15,722 nt of DNA from Candidatus Aegiribacteria sp. (GTDB lineage Bacteria > Fermentibacterota > Fermentibacteria > Fermentibacterales > JCC-6): contig JAWOBF010000057.1 in NCBI GenBank assembly GCA_046498225.1, positions 1 through 15,722 of the forward strand, in the 5' to 3' direction. The notes under the pieces are model-generated. The model was not told where the DNA came from. It searched no databases and saw only the letters and a list, made by a program, of their open reading frames with translations. Of this stretch, positions 7,231 through 15,448 are shown in pieces; position 1 is the stretch's first letter; each line of letters begins with the position of its first letter. The translations under genes and the position numbers were made by a program.

Positions 7231-7283
7231 GGGAGCGCGGGGCCCGGCCGGTCTTCCCGAAGACCGGGTACCGCCGCCCTCCC
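7231..7283 (+). repeat. GC-rich inverted repeat (stem-loop) upstream of dnaJ
   Basis: Perfect inner stem CCGGTCTT(7248-7255)/AAGACCGG(7260-7267) with a 4-nt loop. Outer stem GGGAG-c-GCGG(7231-7240)/CCGC-c-CTCCC(7274-7283). Confidence 0.7.
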
Positions 7284-7300
7284 GTTACGGAAGTGATTCA

Positions 7301-8365
7301 ATGAGCGGAAATCCATACGATATACTGGGCGTCAGCAGAGATGACGATCACGCGGCCATCAAGAGCGCCTACAGGAAACTGGCACTGAAGTACCATCCCG
7401 ACAGGAACCCCGGAGACCGGGACGCCGAGGAGAGATTCAAGGAGATAACCCAGGCCTACGAAATACTCAGCGACCCGGACCGCAGGCACAGGTTCGACAT
7501 GACCGGATCCGCCGACGGAATGCCCGACATGTCCGATTTCTTCGGCGGTTTCGGAATGGATGACGCCCTGAGAGCTTTTCAGGACATTTTCGGTTTCGGC
7601 AGGCAGAATCCCTCATCCGAGACCGGAGAGGACCTGATCATGGATATCGAGCTGGAGCTGAGCGAGGTAGTCCGGGGGTGCAGCAGGGAGATCAGGGTGG
7701 AAAGGAACGAGCATTGTACCACCTGTGAGGGAACCGGCGCCCACCCGGACCACGGGCTGAAGAGGTGTGAGAGGTGCGGAGGACAGGGAAGGATAAGAAC
7801 GGTCAGGAGGACCCTCCTCGGGGCCATGCAGTCCGTATCCCCATGCCCCGATTGCCGGGGGAGGGGCAACATACCCGAGAAGGTATGTCCCGACTGCCTG
7901 GGTTCGCGTCTGGAGCCAAGGGAGAGGAAGATATCCGTAGACCTGCCGGCCGGAGTTTCCACCGGACATTTCATAAGGCTCAGGGGACAGGGTCATTTCC
8001 CTCCCGGCCGGGGGCAGCCCGGAGACCTCATACTCAGGATAACGAATGTTGATTACGGTGAATTCCAGAGGGATGATTTCGACCTTGTCTACAGGACCGG
8101 GATATCCTTCCCCCGGGCGGCGCTGGGAACCAGGATAACCATTCCCCCGGTGGAGGAGGACTCCATGGAGGTGGACCTGCCGGCGGGGATCCAGGCCGGG
8201 GAGAGGCTGGTCCTGAAAAGGAAGGGTATCAAGAAGCTGAAGGGTTTCGGCAGGGGCGATATCGTGGTAATCCCGGATGTATACGTTCCACGGAAGCTGT
8301 CCAGGAAGGAGAAGAACATTCTGAAGGAGCTTGATGAATCCGACAATTTCAAGCCTACATCATAG
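7301..8365 (+). CDS. dnaJ: Chaperone DnaJ (class A J-domain protein)
   Basis: J domain with KYHPDRN, short G/F region with a DIF motif, four zinc-finger repeats (CTTCEGTG, CERCGGQG, CPDCRGRG, CPDCLGSR) and C-terminal domains (GDL, AALG). Confidence 0.95.
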   Translation: MSGNPYDILGVSRDDDHAAIKSAYRKLALKYHPDRNPGDRDAEERFKEITQAYEILSDPDRRHRFDMTGSADGMPDMSDFFGGFGMDDALRAFQDIFGFGRQNPSSETGEDLIMDIELELSEVVRGCSREIRVERNEHCTTCEGTGAHPDHGLKRCERCGGQGRIRTVRRTLLGAMQSVSPCPDCRGRGNIPEKVCPDCLGSRLEPRERKISVDLPAGVSTGHFIRLRGQGHFPPGRGQPGDLILRITNVDYGEFQRDDFDLVYRTGISFPRAALGTRITIPPVEEDSMEVDLPAGIQAGERLVLKRKGIKKLKGFGRGDIVVIPDVYVPRKLSRKEKNILKELDESDNFKPTS

Positions 8366-8384
8366 CTGCTGAAGGATCGATGCA

Positions 8385-10721
8385 ATGACCGGACCCCTGA
8401 AGAGCCTGGAATTCGGCAAGGTGCTGGAGGACATCGCTTCCAGAGTTCGAAGCGGTTCCGGAAGGGAGGCCGTGACCTCCGCATTCCCCTGCTGGGAACC
8501 CGCGGGGGCGGTAAGACTGGCTGATGAAACCCTTGCCGCCGCCGATCTTCTGGACAGAGGTATCAGAGTACCCGCCGGCGGCAACGATGAGCTTCTTCGA
8601 ATCTGTTCCCTCCTGGAAGACGGTGCGCTTGTCCTGGAACCGGGCCAGCTGCGGACGGTGGGAGTGGTGCTTGAGGAGCTGGGAGAGTTTCTCGCCGACG
8701 CGGAAGCTGAGGGGGAGGACGACGCCGGGGAAGGTCCCCTGGACCGGTACTTCCAGCTGGTTCCAGGGCTGCCTGAACTCAGCGGCCACCTTGTCTCCAT
8801 AACCACACCGGAGGGGGAGCTGTCTCCCTCGGCGTCCAGGGAACTCGCCAGGCTCATGAAGAAGGTGGACAGCCTGAAGCGGAAGCTCTCCGGCAGGATA
8901 GACGGCCTCTACTCAACCCTGTCCCGAAGCGGCGTGCTGCGTGACATGCCTCCTACACTGAGGGACGGCAGGTACGTGCTGCCGGTAATATCCTCCAGGA
9001 GGGGCGAAGTCCGCGGCATAGTGCATGACAGGTCCGAGAGCGGCGAGACTATCTTCATCGAACCCGCAGGTCTGGTGGAGGACGGCAACGCTCTTCGGGA
9101 AGCGACCCTGGACCTGGAATACGAAAAGAGGCGCATTCTCAGGGACGCCACCCTGGAACTGAGAAAGCACCTGCCCCGGCTGAAGGAGGGCGGCAGGGCG
9201 GTGGCGGAACTGGACGCTGTCTTCGCCAGGGCGGAGTACCACCTGGAAATGAGGACCGTTTTCCCGGACCGGGGGAACCTCTCCCTGGAAGATCTCAGGC
9301 ATCCCCTGATCCCCCCGGGCGAAGTGGTGGGTAACACAGTCCAGCTTCCAGGGGACTGGAGAGTCCTGATAGTGAGCGGTCCCAACGCCGGGGGGAAGAG
9401 CGTTCTTCTCAAGGCCGTGGGGCTGGCCGTCGCCTGCGCCCAGTCGGGTATCGGCGCCTGTGTCTCTTCCAGTTCCACCATGCCTTTCTTCGGTATGCTT
9501 CATGTCTCCATCGGAGACCAGCAGTCCATCGCGGAGCACCAGAGCACATACTCCGCCCGGCTGCTGGAGCAGCTGAGGATGCTCAGCTCCCCCGGCCCCG
9601 GTTCCCTGGCCCTTATAGATGAACCCGCCGCCGGGACCGATCCCCTTACCGGGGCCGCCCTGGCCGCCTCTGTCCTGGAACAGCTGGCCGGGACCGGCTG
9701 CCGGGTCATCGTCACCACTCATCAGGGACAGCTGAAGAGCCTGGCCCAGGGCAGGGAGGGATTCTACAACGGCAGCATGAACTTCAGGGTCGATACGCTG
9801 GAGCCGGACTATACATACGTTCCGGAAATACCGGGCTCCTCCTTCACCCTGGAGATAGCCAGGAGGATCGGATTCCCGGAGGGGGTCCTCTCCAGGGCCC
9901 TGCGGCTTTCCGGTGATTCCTTCCGTCTGGACCGCATGCTGGAGGATGTTTCCTCCAAAAGGAGGGAACTGGCCTCCAGGATCGGGGAGCTGGAGGAGAG
10001 GGAGGAGGAGAGCCGGAAGCTTCTCGCCCGGAAAGGCGGTGAACTCGAAAGAGAGAGGGAAGAGCTGAATGCCAGAAGGGAAGAGCTGGAGGAGGAATAC
10101 AGCCGTCTGTTGAACAGCATCAACTCCAGGGCGGATTCGCTGCTGGCCAGGCTTGCGAGGTCGGAGAGCCCGGAGGACCGCAGAGAGTTGAGGGAGAAGC
10201 TGAGAGATATCACTTCGAATGCTGCGAAGGTGGAGACAGAACCCGACGTTGACGAGGAATTCACGGACGGGAATATAGAACCCGGCGACTGGGTCAGCGT
10301 AAAGGGATGGAGCGGATGCGGAAGGGTGGAGGAGACCGGCAGGGACTACGTGGCTGTTATAATGGGCAACCTGAGGCTGAGGAAACCGCCGGGAGAGGTC
10401 ACCAGGGTACCTCCCCCTCGTGCGAAGCCGTCGACGGCGGGATGGAGCGCACCGGTAGAGGCGGAAACGGAACTCGACCTCAGAGGTATGTCGGCGGAGG
10501 AGGCCCTGGCGGAAGTGGACAGGGCAATAGAGGACGGGCTTGTGGCGGGAATCCCCTTCATACGGGTCATACACGGGAAGGGAAAGGGCATTCTCATGAG
10601 AGCGGTGGTAGATATGGTCAGGACCGACGGCAGGGTGGATGACTTCAGGCCCGGCAAGCCTCCGGAGGGGGGGACCGGTGTGACCGTGGTCTATCTGAAG
10701 ACCGGAGGGGACCGGGGCTGA
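8385..10721 (+). CDS. mutS2: MutS2 family ATPase/endonuclease with KOW-like and Smr domains
   Basis: N-terminal LEFGKV, GIVHDRSESGETIFIEP, Walker A GPNAGGKS, IGDQQSI, DEPAAGTDP, TTH, coiled coil, GDWVSV, and Smr domain LDLRGM...IHGKGKG...GGTGVT. No mismatch-binding domain. Confidence 0.93.
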   Translation: MTGPLKSLEFGKVLEDIASRVRSGSGREAVTSAFPCWEPAGAVRLADETLAAADLLDRGIRVPAGGNDELLRICSLLEDGALVLEPGQLRTVGVVLEELGEFLADAEAEGEDDAGEGPLDRYFQLVPGLPELSGHLVSITTPEGELSPSASRELARLMKKVDSLKRKLSGRIDGLYSTLSRSGVLRDMPPTLRDGRYVLPVISSRRGEVRGIVHDRSESGETIFIEPAGLVEDGNALREATLDLEYEKRRILRDATLELRKHLPRLKEGGRAVAELDAVFARAEYHLEMRTVFPDRGNLSLEDLRHPLIPPGEVVGNTVQLPGDWRVLIVSGPNAGGKSVLLKAVGLAVACAQSGIGACVSSSSTMPFFGMLHVSIGDQQSIAEHQSTYSARLLEQLRMLSSPGPGSLALIDEPAAGTDPLTGAALAASVLEQLAGTGCRVIVTTHQGQLKSLAQGREGFYNGSMNFRVDTLEPDYTYVPEIPGSSFTLEIARRIGFPEGVLSRALRLSGDSFRLDRMLEDVSSKRRELASRIGELEEREEESRKLLARKGGELEREREELNARREELEEEYSRLLNSINSRADSLLARLARSESPEDRRELREKLRDITSNAAKVETEPDVDEEFTDGNIEPGDWVSVKGWSGCGRVEETGRDYVAVIMGNLRLRKPPGEVTRVPPPRAKPSTAGWSAPVEAETELDLRGMSAEEALAEVDRAIEDGLVAGIPFIRVIHGKGKGILMRAVVDMVRTDGRVDDFRPGKPPEGGTGVTVVYLKTGGDRG

Positions 10722-12463
10722 TGGCCGCGGGGGGTTACTACTCGGACGGCTCCATAGAAAGGGTGAGGTCGGCAACCGACATCGTATCCATTATCGGCCG
10801 TTACGTGAACCTGAAGAGGTCCGGCCGCAGCATCAAGGGTCTCTGTCCCTTCCACAAGGAGAAGACACCCTCCTTCTTCGTCTCCCCTGAGCGCCAGATG
10901 TATCATTGTTTCGGGTGCGGCGCCGGAGGTGACGTCTTCTCTTTCCTGATGAACTACCTGAGTTTTTCCTTCACAGAGGCGGTTGAGGAGCTTGCGGCCG
11001 AGGCGGGGGTGGCCCTTGAGAAGACCGGCAGGGACACCACCAGAACGGACGTATTCCGGGATATAATGGCCGAGTCCCACAGGTTCTACGTGAAGAAGCT
11101 GAAGGGAAGCGGGGCGGACGCAGAAAGGGCGAGACGGTACCTGGCGGACCGGGCCCTCTCCCCCGCCACCGTGGAGAAGCTGGGGATCGGGTGGGCTCCC
11201 GGAGGGAGCGTTCTGTCCGGGCACCTTCGCGGGAAGGGGTACTCGGAGAGCCAGCTGGTGGAAGCGGGAGTGGTGTTGAGGTCCACTCGGGGCAGCGGGA
11301 CCTACGACCGGTTCAGGGAGAGGATAATCTTCCCCATATCCGACAGGCGGGGAAGGGTAATAAGCTTCGGCGGAAGGCTGCTGGGGGGATCCGGCAGCGG
11401 CAACGCGCCCAAATACCTCAACGGCCCGGATTCACCCATTTACAGCAAGGGTGACTATCTGTACGGATACCGGGAGGCCGCCGCCGCCTCCCGCGACCTC
11501 GACATGGTGATACTGGTGGAGGGCTATTTCGATCACGCCAGGTTCGTGGAGAAGGGTTTCCAGTGCGCAGTGGCCACCTGCGGCACAGCTCTCACCCCGG
11601 CCCAGGCCAGGCAGATCGGTGGCCTGGCGTCCTCGGTCTTCATATGCTACGACGGCGACAGCTCCGGACAGAGAGCGTCGGTGAGAGCGGCGGAGGTCAT
11701 ACTCCAGCAGGGTTTCCTGCCCAGGATAATGGCCGTACCGGACCAGCTGGACCCGGACGACTTCCTCAGGGACAGACCGGAAGAGTCGGTACTGGAACTG
11801 GCGGGAAGCGCCGCCGACCCCATAAGGTATGCCCTGGGCCTGCTGAACGGCTGGTCTTCCGTTGAAGGAACCCAGAAGAGGGTAAGGGTAGTCAGAAGGC
11901 TGGCCGCTGTAGCATCCTGCGCCACCGAACCTGTTGTAAGGGAAACCCTGCTCAGGATAATCTCGGAGGAAACGGGATACTCCATGAAGACCCTGGAGCT
12001 GGAGCTTGGGGATGAGAAGAGCGGTAAGAGGGAGGTGTACCGGCAGAAAACGGACCGGGCGGAACTCAGCAGATGGGATACCAGGATACTCGCCGGAGTC
12101 CTGCTGTCCCCGGATGGCCTTTCGGACCCTCTCATCGGCTACCTCCGGGCCGATGACCTGCGAAGCCGGTCGGCCGGGGTAATACTGGAGGAGATGAAGA
12201 GGCAGGCCGGCACCGGACTCTCGCAGTTCCAGCTTTCGAGGCTGGATGAGCCTGAGAGGGCCATATGCGCCATGTTATTCTCGGTACATCCGGAGAGGAC
12301 GGCGCCGGATGACCCCGAAAGGCTCCGCAGAGCGGTGGAGAAGGTCAGGCTGCAGAGAGAGCGGAAGCGGCTTCGGGCTCTGGAGCTTTCCGGAGACACG
12401 GAAGACCCGGAGGAACTGAGGAAGCGGATAGAGGAAATAACCGAAAAACTGAAGCACATGTAG
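10721..12463 (+). CDS. dnaG: DNA primase
   Basis: CHC2 zinc finger CPFHKEKTPSF...CFGCG, DRFRERIIFPI, FGGR, KYLN, TOPRIM motifs VEGYFD, YDGD and DPDD. TGATG overlap with mutS2. Confidence 0.96.
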   Translation: MAAGGYYSDGSIERVRSATDIVSIIGRYVNLKRSGRSIKGLCPFHKEKTPSFFVSPERQMYHCFGCGAGGDVFSFLMNYLSFSFTEAVEELAAEAGVALEKTGRDTTRTDVFRDIMAESHRFYVKKLKGSGADAERARRYLADRALSPATVEKLGIGWAPGGSVLSGHLRGKGYSESQLVEAGVVLRSTRGSGTYDRFRERIIFPISDRRGRVISFGGRLLGGSGSGNAPKYLNGPDSPIYSKGDYLYGYREAAAASRDLDMVILVEGYFDHARFVEKGFQCAVATCGTALTPAQARQIGGLASSVFICYDGDSSGQRASVRAAEVILQQGFLPRIMAVPDQLDPDDFLRDRPEESVLELAGSAADPIRYALGLLNGWSSVEGTQKRVRVVRRLAAVASCATEPVVRETLLRIISEETGYSMKTLELELGDEKSGKREVYRQKTDRAELSRWDTRILAGVLLSPDGLSDPLIGYLRADDLRSRSAGVILEEMKRQAGTGLSQFQLSRLDEPERAICAMLFSVHPERTAPDDPERLRRAVEKVRLQRERKRLRALELSGDTEDPEELRKRIEEITEKLKHM

Positions 12464-12540
12464 GGGGTTGCGGAATCAAAAACCGTGGGCCGACCGGGGG
12501 CTTCTCTTCCAGCACCATCTTCTTCAGGCAGCTTGATGTT

Positions 12541-13860
12541 GTGGAGCCGATGACCCCGGAGGAGGAGAAGTCACTGGTGGATGCCCAGGAGAGGTACAGG
12601 AAAGCCATGCTGGAGTCCATTCTGGCGGTGCCCCTGGGAAGGCGGATGTTCCTTCAGCCGCTTCGGCGGCTGGCGGAGGGGGAAGCCCCCCGCCGGGACC
12701 TGGTGGACGGGTCTTACTGGGGCATCTCGGGGGGAGTGCTGCCGGAATCCCGGAGGGAACGGCTTAAAGGCCTGCTGGAGAGGATCCGGGGTCGCTATCT
12801 GAAGCGGGAGGTCGTGCTGGACCTCCATCTCCTTTGGCACTCGGTGGAGAGCCTGGGCGAAGAGCTGTTCGCCGGAATCGGCCGGTACAGGGAGCTTCTG
12901 GTGATAAGGAACCGGATGATGGACCTGCTGAAGGATGAAACCGTTCCGATGGAGACGCTGGCGACCTGTTTCGACCTGCTGGAGGAAACTCCTTCCGAGG
13001 CCTCCAGGCTGGCCTGGAGGCTGTACCCCGGGCTCAGCTCCATTCGCAACTGCCTGGACCTTCTGGAAGTGAGCACGGGCACCGGAATATTCAGGTACTC
13101 CGACGCGGCGAAGCGCTTCCATGAAGCGGTGCAGAGAACAAGAGACGTTATCGAGAGGTTCGTGGAGGCAAATCTGGGACTGGTGATATCCAAGGTCGGA
13201 CGGTTCTATCCCTGTGATGTCATGGAGGAGATGGACCTGATCCAGGAGGGCTGTCAGGGCCTGATGGAGGCTGTCAGACGCTTCGACCATACTCGAGGGT
13301 GCAAGCTCTCCACTTTCGCGGTATGGTGGATAAGACAGTACCTGATGAAAGCGGTCATCCGTCAGGGAAGACTTGTCAGGATACCGGTTTCCCTGCACTA
13401 CGGGGACTCCTCCATCCGCAGGGCCATCGATGAGTTCGCCATGGAGAGGGGACAGCCTCCTACCGTGGATGAGCTGGCGGAACATATGGGGCGGGACGTC
13501 CGGGAGATAGAGGAGATATACCTCTCCACCGCTGTGCCGCTCTCACTTGACCATACCGGAAGCGAGCATGACGCCACCATAGCCGATTTTCTGGTGAGCC
13601 GCTTCCAGTCACCGGACAGGCGGGCGCTTCGCTCGGAAACCAGGGAACGTATCGACGCGGCCCTGAAATCCCTTTCCGACAGGGAGAAGACCATAATAAC
13701 GCTTCGCTTCGGACTGATGGACGGCGAACCCTGCACACTGGAGCAGCTGGGAAGGGTATTCGGTATAAGCAGGGAGAGGGTGAGACAGATCGAGAGAAGG
13801 GCTCTTGCGAGGCTCAGGAAACACGGCCTGATAACCACACTGGAATCGGGCCGGGAATGA
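12541..13860 (+). CDS. Sigma-70 family RNA polymerase sigma factor, RpoD-derived, diverged, lacking region 1.1; true start probably upstream of 12541
   Basis: Region 2 FVEANLGLV, DLIQEG, STFAVWWIRQ and VRIPV; region 3 PTVDELAE and PLSLD; region 4 LSDREKTIITLRFGL and TLEQLGRVFGISRERVRQIE. Directly downstream of dnaG. Confidence 0.9.
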   Translation: MEPMTPEEEKSLVDAQERYRKAMLESILAVPLGRRMFLQPLRRLAEGEAPRRDLVDGSYWGISGGVLPESRRERLKGLLERIRGRYLKREVVLDLHLLWHSVESLGEELFAGIGRYRELLVIRNRMMDLLKDETVPMETLATCFDLLEETPSEASRLAWRLYPGLSSIRNCLDLLEVSTGTGIFRYSDAAKRFHEAVQRTRDVIERFVEANLGLVISKVGRFYPCDVMEEMDLIQEGCQGLMEAVRRFDHTRGCKLSTFAVWWIRQYLMKAVIRQGRLVRIPVSLHYGDSSIRRAIDEFAMERGQPPTVDELAEHMGRDVREIEEIYLSTAVPLSLDHTGSEHDATIADFLVSRFQSPDRRALRSETRERIDAALKSLSDREKTIITLRFGLMDGEPCTLEQLGRVFGISRERVRQIERRALARLRKHGLITTLESGRE

Positions 13861-14684
13861 GGTGTCTGCTGGCGGCGGCGGTCCTTGCCGCAGCAGGCTG
13901 CTCTACCCAGCAGCCCCGTCAGGCCGGGACGGACAACAGGTTCATCGTTCTGGGGCCTTCACTGGTGGAGCTGATGTTCGAATCCGGGCTGGGGGACAGG
14001 ATAGTGGGAGTGGACAGGTATTCCACCTGGCCTCCCGGGACGGAGGATATTCCCGGGGTAGGGGGTTACGTGGACCCGTCGGTGGAGAGAATAGTCGCCC
14101 TGGAGCCCACCTCCATTCACGTATCAGGCCGGAGCTCCACCATCAGGGAGATAGCCGGCAGCCTGGGAGTGCCCTGCTACAGCTACGACTTCGATTCCCT
14201 GGAGGGGGTGTTCTCGGCCCTGGATTCCCTGGACGCCAGGTACGGGGCGGGCGCGGCCCGGTTCCGGGAACGGCTGGAAGCGAGACTGGATTCTCTGGAG
14301 GCTATTATGGAGCCGGTGGCTCCGTTGTCGGTGATGATCGTGGTCTACCATGAGAAGGGTTCCTCCAGCATGACAGTGGCGGGGCGGGAGACCTTCTTCG
14401 CGGATATCCTGGAACGCGTGGGGTGCGAGATAAGCTCACCCGGCGCCGGAAGCTGGCCCATGGTCTCCACCGAGGGTGTTCTTAGCCTGTCACCTGACCA
14501 TATTATCCTTCTGTTTCCCGGAAGGACCGATTCGGCCGCGGTAAGGCGCTGGGAGGAACCGTTCTGGGAAAGTCTCGGTTTTCAGGCTGACCGGATACAC
14601 TGTCTGTTCCAGCCGTACATGATGATACCCGGGGGCAGGCTGGGAGAGACAGCCGAGAGGATATGCTCATGCCTGCTCTGGTAA
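13857..14684 (+). CDS. Helical-backbone ABC substrate-binding lipoprotein (BtuF/FepB-like; cobalamin or iron chelate)
   Basis: Lipoprotein signal MRCLLAAAVLAAAGC; motifs LGPSLVELMF, IVGVDRYSTWP, PSVERIVALEP, AGRETF and VSTEGVLSLSPDHII. ATGA overlap with the sigma gene. Confidence 0.85.
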   Translation: MRCLLAAAVLAAAGCSTQQPRQAGTDNRFIVLGPSLVELMFESGLGDRIVGVDRYSTWPPGTEDIPGVGGYVDPSVERIVALEPTSIHVSGRSSTIREIAGSLGVPCYSYDFDSLEGVFSALDSLDARYGAGAARFRERLEARLDSLEAIMEPVAPLSVMIVVYHEKGSSSMTVAGRETFFADILERVGCEISSPGAGSWPMVSTEGVLSLSPDHIILLFPGRTDSAAVRRWEEPFWESLGFQADRIHCLFQPYMMIPGGRLGETAERICSCLLW

Positions 14685-15448
14685 TGCGGGACCTCAGCGC
14701 CGGTTACGGCGGGAACAATGTGATAAGTGACATCAGTCTCTCCGTCATGCCCGGAGAAGTCTGCGGTCTCATCGGCCCCAACGGGGCCGGCAAGAGTACC
14801 CTTCTGCGAAGCGTGATACGTCTGGGAGTTGAGGTTACCGGCAGGGCCAGCATATGCGGCCGGAGCATTTTCAGCCTTTCGATGAACGAGAAGGCGAGAC
14901 TGGTTTCCTACCTGCCGCAGAATTTCCATCCCGGGTCGAAACTCACTGTATCGGAGACCGTCCTGCTGGGCAGGCATCCCTACAGGACCGGATGGGCGAT
15001 GGATTCAATGGAGGACATCGAGATAGCGAGAAGGTGCATGGAGGAGACCGATACCTGGGAACTGAGGAACAGGGTGTTCGCCAACCTGTCAGGCGGCGAG
15101 ATGAGGCTGGTGCTGCTGGCCGCCGCCCTGGCCCAGGAACCCCGCATCCTGCTTCTGGATGAACCCGGTTCCTCCCTGGATTTCAAGCATCAGCTCAACA
15201 TGTGGCTGCTTCTGAAGAAGCTCTCCGCAGGCGGCATATCCGTGCTGGTCAGCACTCATGAGGTAGCCCTTGCCGGCAGGTACCTCGATACCGTTATGGT
15301 ACTCTCCGAAGGCCGGTCCAGGGCATTCGGTCCCCCGTCCGAGGTTTTCACCACCGATATCCTCTCTGCTGTATTCGGAGTCCACCTCCATGTATCGCAC
15401 GATGAGCCAACGGATTCATGGGTGATAGTGCCCGGGGTGGAGCTGTGA
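14663..15448 (+). CDS. ABC transporter ATP-binding protein (BtuD/FepC/FecE-like)
   Basis: Walker A GPNGAGKST, YLPQ, LGRHPY, signature LSGGE, Walker B LLLDEP, H-loop STH. ATG 14669 is an alternative start. Confidence 0.92.
   Translation: MLMPALVMRDLSAGYGGNNVISDISLSVMPGEVCGLIGPNGAGKSTLLRSVIRLGVEVTGRASICGRSIFSLSMNEKARLVSYLPQNFHPGSKLTVSETVLLGRHPYRTGWAMDSMEDIEIARRCMEETDTWELRNRVFANLSGGEMRLVLLAAALAQEPRILLLDEPGSSLDFKHQLNMWLLLKKLSAGGISVLVSTHEVALAGRYLDTVMVLSEGRSRAFGPPSEVFTTDILSAVFGVHLHVSHDEPTDSWVIVPGVEL

Noticed and set aside
9960..10100. Purine-rich GAG/GAA-repetitive stretch resembling a tandem repeat
   Set aside because: It encodes the Glu/Arg-rich coiled coil of MutS2; there is no fixed repeat unit and no CRISPR-like repeat-spacer pattern.
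8913..10775. 620-aa antisense ORF opposite mutS2
   Set aside because: It is the codon-aligned shadow of a GC-rich gene, where sense TTA/CTA/TCA codons are rare and antisense stops are therefore scarce; no recognisable domain.
8385..12463. MutS2 nuclease plus primase as a defence or mobile-element module
   Set aside because: Both are full-length housekeeping-type genes in a core context, with no integrase, transposase, terminal repeats or compositional shift.
12571..13485. 304-aa antisense ORF opposite the sigma gene, and the other short minus-strand or alternate-frame ORFs
   Set aside because: All lie fully inside well-supported genes, lack motifs, and are expected at this GC content.
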